DNA of 64,000 nucleotides from Myxococcota bacterium. Its GTDB lineage: Bacteria; Myxococcota_A; UBA9160; UBA4427. Of the stretch, positions 63,687 to 64,000 are shown one piece after another. Made by a program: the position numbers and the translations under genes. The notes below the pieces were generated by a model. It did no database searches. It was given only the letters and a program-made list of their open reading frames with translations, and had not been told where the DNA came from. The stretch covers positions 2,336,001 to 2,400,000 of the forward strand of contig OZ252299.1 in assembly GCA_965250285.1 (NCBI GenBank), written 5' to 3'. Positions within the stretch are counted from its first letter, which is position 1, and each line of letters opens with the position of its first letter.

Positions 63687-63998
63687 TCAGCCCTCGGCCA
63701 GGACGCGCTTCAGCACCTTGCCGGTCGGATTGCGGGGCAGCTCGTCGAGGAACACGATGTCGCGCGGCACCTTGTAGCGCGCGAGGTTGTCCTTGACGTA
63801 GGTCTTGAGGCCGGCCTCGTCGACGCTCGCGCCTTCACCGAGCACGACGAAGCCCTTGAGCCGCTGACCGAACTCGTCGTCGGGCACGCCGATCACGGCC
63901 GCTTCGACGACGTCGTCGTGATCCGACAGCAGGTCTTCGACCTCGCGCGGGAAGACGTTCTCACCGCCCGAGACGATCATGTCGTCGTCGCGTCCGTC
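63687..63998 (-). CDS. AMP-binding acyl-CoA synthetase, C-terminal part (runs off window)
   Basis: DGRDDDMIVSGGENVFPREVE, LPRNPTGKVLKR. Confidence 0.93.
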   Translation of the reverse strand, partial: DGRDDDMIVSGGENVFPREVEDLLSDHDDVVEAAVIGVPDDEFGQRLKGFVVLGEGASVDEAGLKTYVKDNLARYKVPRDIVFLDELPRNPTGKVLKRVLAEG

Positions 63999-64000
63999 GA

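Overview
Very GC-rich, gene-dense bacterial chromosomal window with about 55 CDSs. The Blc lipocalin, lipoproteins and IPTL-CTERM-like tail point to a Gram-negative envelope; a Myxococcota/deltaproteobacterial-type lineage is inference only. Content is mostly redox and catabolic enzymes: monomeric IDH, tungsten-type AOR with a MoaD-like carrier, a Mo-bisPGD oxidoreductase, three P450s, a BVMO, GMC oxidoreductase, OYE and a sulfatase. There are also regulators (HxlR, MocR, TetR, MarR, LuxR, two hybrid kinases) and several secreted orphans. No rRNA, tRNA, CRISPR, phage or intact transposase was seen. Signals the ORF track misses: (1) a probable selenoprotein at 9468-10751 (-), split by an in-frame TGA in a W-U-P-P-C redoxin motif, followed by a bacterial SECIS-like hairpin and fused to a DsbD-N-like domain; (2) two independent tandem amplifications of a gene's last codons plus stop codon (3x41 bp at icd, 5x36 bp at the sulfatase), each next to a hairpin; (3) an internally deleted IS5-family remnant at a CTAG that forms the BVMO stop codon; (4) candidate operators for HxlR, MocR, TetR and MarR. 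All calls are from motif recognition, no database searches; many starts were moved to RBS-supported codons.
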